Positions 48,991 through 53,813 of a DNA stretch of 53,813 nucleotides are shown here, piece after piece (the first letter of the stretch is position 1; each line of letters starts with the position of its first letter). The stretch lies in NCBI GenBank assembly GCA_963575745.1, contig CAUYUJ010000286.1:62001-115813 (forward strand), written 5' to 3'. The notes below the pieces were generated by a model. That model was not told where the DNA came from. It did no database searches and saw nothing but the letters and a program-made list of their open reading frames with translations. The DNA comes from Prorocentrum cordatum. Taxonomy: Eukaryota. A program made the position numbers and the translations under genes.

Positions 48991-51827
48991 GCTAGTATGC
49001 AAACTGGGCGCCGGCGGTAAACCGCCAACCTTTGTTACCGCCGGGGGACTCGTAGAGCTTCCTGACAACATATAATGTCGAAAGAAATTACACAGAAAAA
49101 ATAGTTTTTCAGCCCAGGCAATTTGAGACCTCTCGGATGCAACAGCCGAACGCCCCGATGCTTCTAGATTGTCTTCTGTACGAGCTCTGTAGCTCTCCTA
49201 CAGCCCGAGTTACGTGCGTAAATCGACAGCACCTCTCAGGATCGAACAATACGAACAGTTTGGCAAACCTAGCTCGAGTATCAGACCGAGTTCAGACCTC
49301 TGCATGCGACAGACGGGACGCGTCTGATGTCTCTGAATCGATCCCTGTGATTACCAGCCCTGCAGCCCCCCCCCCCCCTGCAGCCGGGTTAAGTGCAGAA
49401 AACCGACAGCACCTCTCAGGATGACTCGAACAAAACAAATAGTTTCGCGGACCTTGTTCGGGCAGCAGACCGAGTTCAGAGCTCTGGATTCCGCAGACGA
49501 ACACGCCTGATGTCTCCAAATCGATTTCAGTGATTACCAGCCACGCAGCCCCCCTACAGCCCGAGTTAAGTGCAGAGAACCGACAGCATCTCGTAAGCGA
49601 CTCGAACAATACGAATAGTTTCGCGATTCTAGATCGCGCAGCAGACCGAGTTTAGAGCTCTTGGTTCAACAGACGACGGCCACTAATGATTCTAAATGAG
49701 ATTCTGAACGCATCAGCTCTTTAGCTGTCCTGTAGCTCGAGTTAAGTACAGCAAACCGAGAGTGCCTGTCGAGATGACTCGAATAATACGAATAGGTTTG
49801 CGCACCTAGCTCGGCTAGCAGACCGAATTCAGACCTCTGGTTTCAGTAGGCGAACGCGCCTGATCATTCTGAATCGATTAGCTGTGCTTACCAGCTTCTT
49901 AGCTGTTCTCAAGCTCGAGTTATCTTGAGAAAACCGTTACCGCGTGACAAGATGACCCGAAACGGCCGATCCCGCCTGCCTGCTTTTTGGCAGTAAAAGG
50001 TATCCGATCGAGCTGAGATCAAGATAGCGAGCGAAAATAAGATCGAATATCATGGGAAAAAAACTGGAGCTCAAATGAATTGTTGAATTTCGAAAACAAA
50101 ATTTTCAATCGACCAAAAGTCAGCGAGAGGCCCGTCGAGATTTTTTCTTGCCAACTAGCTCTCCAGCGCCCCGGAATTACTCTTAGCTTCCAGCAATGAC
50201 TGGGCGCCGGCGGTAAACCGTCAACCTTGGTTACCGCCGGAAGACTCGTAGAGCTTCCTAGTTCGACTTAAGTTGAGAAAACCATCAGCACCTACCAACA
50301 TTCCGACTTATAGTGAATCTTTTTTGATCTGTGAATGCGACAGGCGGGCGCGTCTGATGTCTGCGAATCGACCCCTGTCATTGCCAGTCCTGCAGCCTCC
50401 TATGGCCCGAGTTAAGTGCAGAAAACCTGCAGCACCTCTCAGGATGACTCGAATAATACAGTAGTTTCGCAGACCTAATGCGGGCAGCAGACCGAGTTCC
50501 GAGCTTGGATTCGAGAGACGGACGCGCCTCATGTCTTTAAATCGATTCCTGTGACCAGCATCACTGTAGCCCCCCTCAGCGCGAGTTGAGTGAAGAAAAC
50601 CGAGAGCACTTCTGAAGATGACTCGACCAATACGAATAGTCGCGATTCTAGATCAGGCAGCAGACTGGGTTCAGAGCTCTAGATTCGACAGACAAACGCA
50701 ACTGATGCTTCTAAATCGGTTTCTGTGAATATCAGCTCTATAGCTGTCCTACAGCTCGAGTTCAGTACAGAAAATCGAGAGTTCATGTCAAGATGACTCG
50801 AATAATACGAATAGGTTTGCGGACCTAGCTCGGCTAGCAGACCGAGTTCAGACCTCTGGATTCAAGGGGCGAACGCGCCTAATCATTCTACATCGATAAG
50901 CTGTGCTTGCCAGCTCTGTAGCTGTACTGAAGCTCGAGTTATGCTCAGAAAACCGCTAGCGCGTATCAAGGTGACCCGAAACGACCGATCCCGCCACAGT
51001 GCTTTTCGAGTAATATTCACCCGATCGACCTGAGATCAAGATGGCGAGCGGAAATACGATCGAATATCACGGGAAAAAATATTAGAGCTCAAACGAATTG
51101 TTGAATCTCGAGAACAAAATTTTCAACCGAGCAAAGTCATCAAAAGTTCCGTCGAGATTTTGCAAGCCAACTAGCTCTCCAGCGCGCCGGAATTACTCGC
51201 TCTACGAGTTGCTTGCTAAGGGAAGCTCTACGAGTTAAGCTTTTTTCTGCTGTTATCTCGGAACCGACCTGGTCTATGCAGAGCTCTACAAGGGCCCCGG
51301 CGGTAACATCTTGGTAGCGTCCAAAATCCGAAGAGCAAAGAGAACACACACCGGAAAACCTTCCTGGCAAGCCCACGGAAGCACGCGTGAAGGTCTTCTG
51401 GGGCTCTGGGGGGCTCTCCGGCAGCGCTTCCGAAGCGCTGCCAGGAACGCTTCCACGCGTGCCTGCACGCGTGCAGGCTAGTAAAACCCGCGGCTCCAGG
51501 TTAACTGGCCAAGGGAGGGAGATTTCCTCGGATGGGCCAACAAAGAACATTTTGAGGCTGCTTTCAGGTGATGACGATGATGATGCATATAATGATGGAT
51601 ACCTCCTCCTCCGTGAACCGCCAGCCCCCCAAAAAAAGGGAGGGCCGCTCGGGCGTTTATACAATACGCCAAAATTGAAACATCCCTGCAGGCCTGAGCT
51701 GACAGCCCGCAGGAATTGAGGCGCAGCCCCATCCCGCTTCCCGCACTGCGGGTGCGCCAGCGCGGGGGGGCGGCGGGCGGCGGCGGCGCCAGCGCGCACT
51801 TGGTGGCTGTCCTCCCCCACCACACCA

Positions 51828-52097
51828 TAACGATGATGATGATGATGATGACGATGATGATGATGATGATGATGACGATGACGATGGTGATGATGAAGAT
51901 GGCAATGAGCAGCTGCTTCTCGAAGACGCCTCCTGGGGTCTTCCTGGGGCCGGCGGCGGGGCGCCAGACCACAGGGGAGGCCACTGGCCGCGTGCCCCCT
52001 GGGTAGGAGAAAGGAACCCCAGGGGCCCCCAGGGGGGCGACGGCCGGACGACGGCCTAAGGAGGAGCAGGAGGGGGGCGACGGCCGGACGACGACGA

Positions 52098-52140
<43 letters not shown>

Positions 52141-52643
52141 ACGACGACGCGACGAACGACAACGATGACGATGACGACGACGACGACGACGACGACGGAC
52201 GACGACGATGACGACGACGACGATGACGGCCACGACGACGACGCGCCAGGCCGCCTGCCAGGCAGTCGGACCTCGGACCGTTTTTTCTGCCGACTTTCTG
52301 GAAGGCATGGCTGCTTCAGCCTCCACTGCCACTGGCCCTGGCCAGCCACCCACCACCTGTCGCGGCGAGCCAGGGGCGCCTGGCCGCCGCCACGGGAGGA
52401 GGAGGAAGAGGATGAGGAGAGGGGGGAGGGAGGAAGAGAGGGAAGAGGGCCGACCACTGCCCCCACGGGCCCCCTTGGCGAAGGGGGAGGGGGGCCAACT
52501 CAGGCGCCCGCGGGTCTTTCCGCCAGGAGGGCCGAGGAGTCCGAGGAGGGAGGCGGAGAGGAGGAGGAGGAGGAGGCGGAGGAGGAGGAGAACGCGGAGG
52601 AGGAGGAGGAGGAGGAGGAGCAGCAGCAGCAGCAGCAGCAGCA
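51828..52643. repeat. Cluster of trinucleotide microsatellites (GAT)n, (GAC)n, (GAG)n, (CAG)n
   Basis: Directly visible at ~51830-51900, 52088-52242 and 52558-52643. Confidence 0.93.
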
Positions 52644-53636
52644 GGGGACCGGTGGGAGGACGAAAATGCAACACCCCCTGGACCCTGGACCTCTCCCGGG
52701 GCGCATTCTGACCAGAATTTCGAAGCCAATCCAGCCGCGGGCCGTGGCAAGAAAGCAAAAACGGCGGCTTGGCGGGATAGCGGCGTCGGCACTTTAATCC
52801 CCCCTGAGCACTGGACTGTCATAATTGGAAGAGGAGGGATAGTGATGGTGAGTGGCTGGCCGCTGTGCGCTGGCCCGGCCGCGGCCAGCCAGCAAAAAAA
52901 AAAAGGGCTCCCAGGGGTGTCGGCCGAGAGCCGGGCCAACACCCAAAAAGTGACACAGCGCCCGGGGCCCGGGGCCCGGGCTCGCATGGACTCGAACGGG
53001 GAGGAGGGCAGGGGGGAGGTGGAGGAAGGGGTGCGGTGCGGGGGGGAGGCGGGAGGGGGAGTGGGAGGGAGAGAGACAGGGATGGGGGAGGGAGGACGGG
53101 CCCGGGGGCGACGGGGATGGGTGGGGGAGGAGAGGGGGGAGGGGGAGACTCTGATGGGATGGGGGCGTGGTGGCGGTGGAGGGAGTCCGAGTCCGGCCCC
53201 GGCACTCGGGCTCGAGGGCCTGGCGACAGCAGGCCTGCAACTCCACTGTCAGGTGATCGCGGAAGGGGGGTTCCAGAAGGGTAGGGGGGTGATAGAGGTC
53301 TGCATGGAAGGGCCCCTTGAGAGGCCCAAGAGGGCCCTGCAGTTCCCCAGGCCTCAGAGGCCCACCTGAGGCCCATCTAACACCTGAACCAACCCTGGAT
53401 AGCAAACCTGCGACCCCTCTAGAGCCTCACCCCTCAGCGATCACCTGACGATCTGATTCCCACCCATTGTTTCTCCGTGCCTCCAAGCCCCCTCTCCCCC
53501 ACAGTCATCCCACCCGCCACCTTATCCCAACTACTCTCTCTCAAGGGGCCCGCCCGCCGGGCGCCGCCCGGCCCTTCCGTCCATCGGGGGAGTGGAGCCA
53601 CCTGGCGCCGCCGGACTCCCACGGCCACAGTGCGGC

Positions 53637-53713
53637 GAGGTTGGCGAATAGGTCGGGTCGGCGCCTTTGAATTTGAAAGGCGCCGACGCCGATCCGACCT
53701 ATTCGCCAACCTC
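53637..53713. repeat. 77-bp strong hairpin
   Basis: gaggttggcgaataggtcgg-gtcggcgccttt / aaaggcgccgac-(gccgat bulge)-ccgacctattcgccaacctc. Confidence 0.88.
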
Positions 53714-53813
53714 TGCCCCGTGGAGGTCCAGGGGGCACTGGTCAGCTCCCATCCCCCTCTGAGCTCAAGCTCGGCCCGCTCCGGGCCGCTAGCCTAGCCG
53801 CGTCTGGCCGCGG

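Larger units (their letters stand above)
11135..51480 (-). mobile_element. ~40 kb array of tandem and nested non-autonomous Helitron2/Helentron-like elements (families A, B, C)
   Basis: About 24 A-type and 15 B-type hairpin ends (ccggcggt.aaccgtcaacc...accgccgg + ctcgtagagct) counted by eye; ATIR partners at the opposite end; no TSDs; no Rep/helicase ORF. Confidence 0.8.

Noticed and set aside
14085..50532. Dozens of short similar ORFs (SSELGLLPELG, RCCRFSALNSGC)
   Set aside because: Chance translations of the 177-bp monomer, with stops and frameshifts varying between copies.
13965..51240. CRISPR array or integron cassette array suggested by regularly recurring hairpins
   Set aside because: The intervening sequences are homologous to each other rather than unique spacers or gene cassettes; no cas or integrase gene; eukaryotic context.
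11135..51480. Classical TIR DNA transposon/MITE or IS200/IS605 interpretation of A/B/C
   Set aside because: The inverted repeats are asymmetric (one subterminal, inside a hairpin end), there are no TSDs, and the flanks show no fixed tetra- or pentanucleotide target; Helitron2-like fits better.
51140..53797. Overlapping GC-rich ORFs with His/Glu/Gln/Pro runs
   Set aside because: Trinucleotide repeats and stop-poor GC-rich DNA; no domain evidence.

Overview
Repeat-dominated eukaryotic scaffold with no recognisable host gene. The GC-rich microsatellite/minisatellite style resembles a large protist or algal genome such as a dinoflagellate; that is an impression only. Positions 1-11,100 and 51,500-53,813 hold microsatellites, minisatellites, two foldback palindromes, a 100-N gap and a possible decayed tyrosine-recombinase remnant. 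Positions ~11,135-51,480 are a ~40 kb array of three related non-coding elements on the minus strand: A (~1.2 kb), B (~0.4 kb) and C (~0.28-0.83 kb). They have Helitron2/Helentron-type ends (asymmetric terminal inverted repeats, 5' and 3' hairpins, 5'-T and CCAG/CTAG-3'), insert without target duplication, nest in each other and join head-to-tail. Element A carries ~5.5 diverged ~177-bp monomers, so the array is also a higher-order-repeat satellite, and a ~6 kb block of it is tandemly duplicated. Two divergent 5'-truncated LINE-like retrotransposons sit in the array: an intact 820-aa ORF on the minus strand, and a frameshifted plus-strand copy split by element A. Both end in what reads as a circularly permuted RNase H domain, and the intact copy has WADN in place of the YxDD RT motif.
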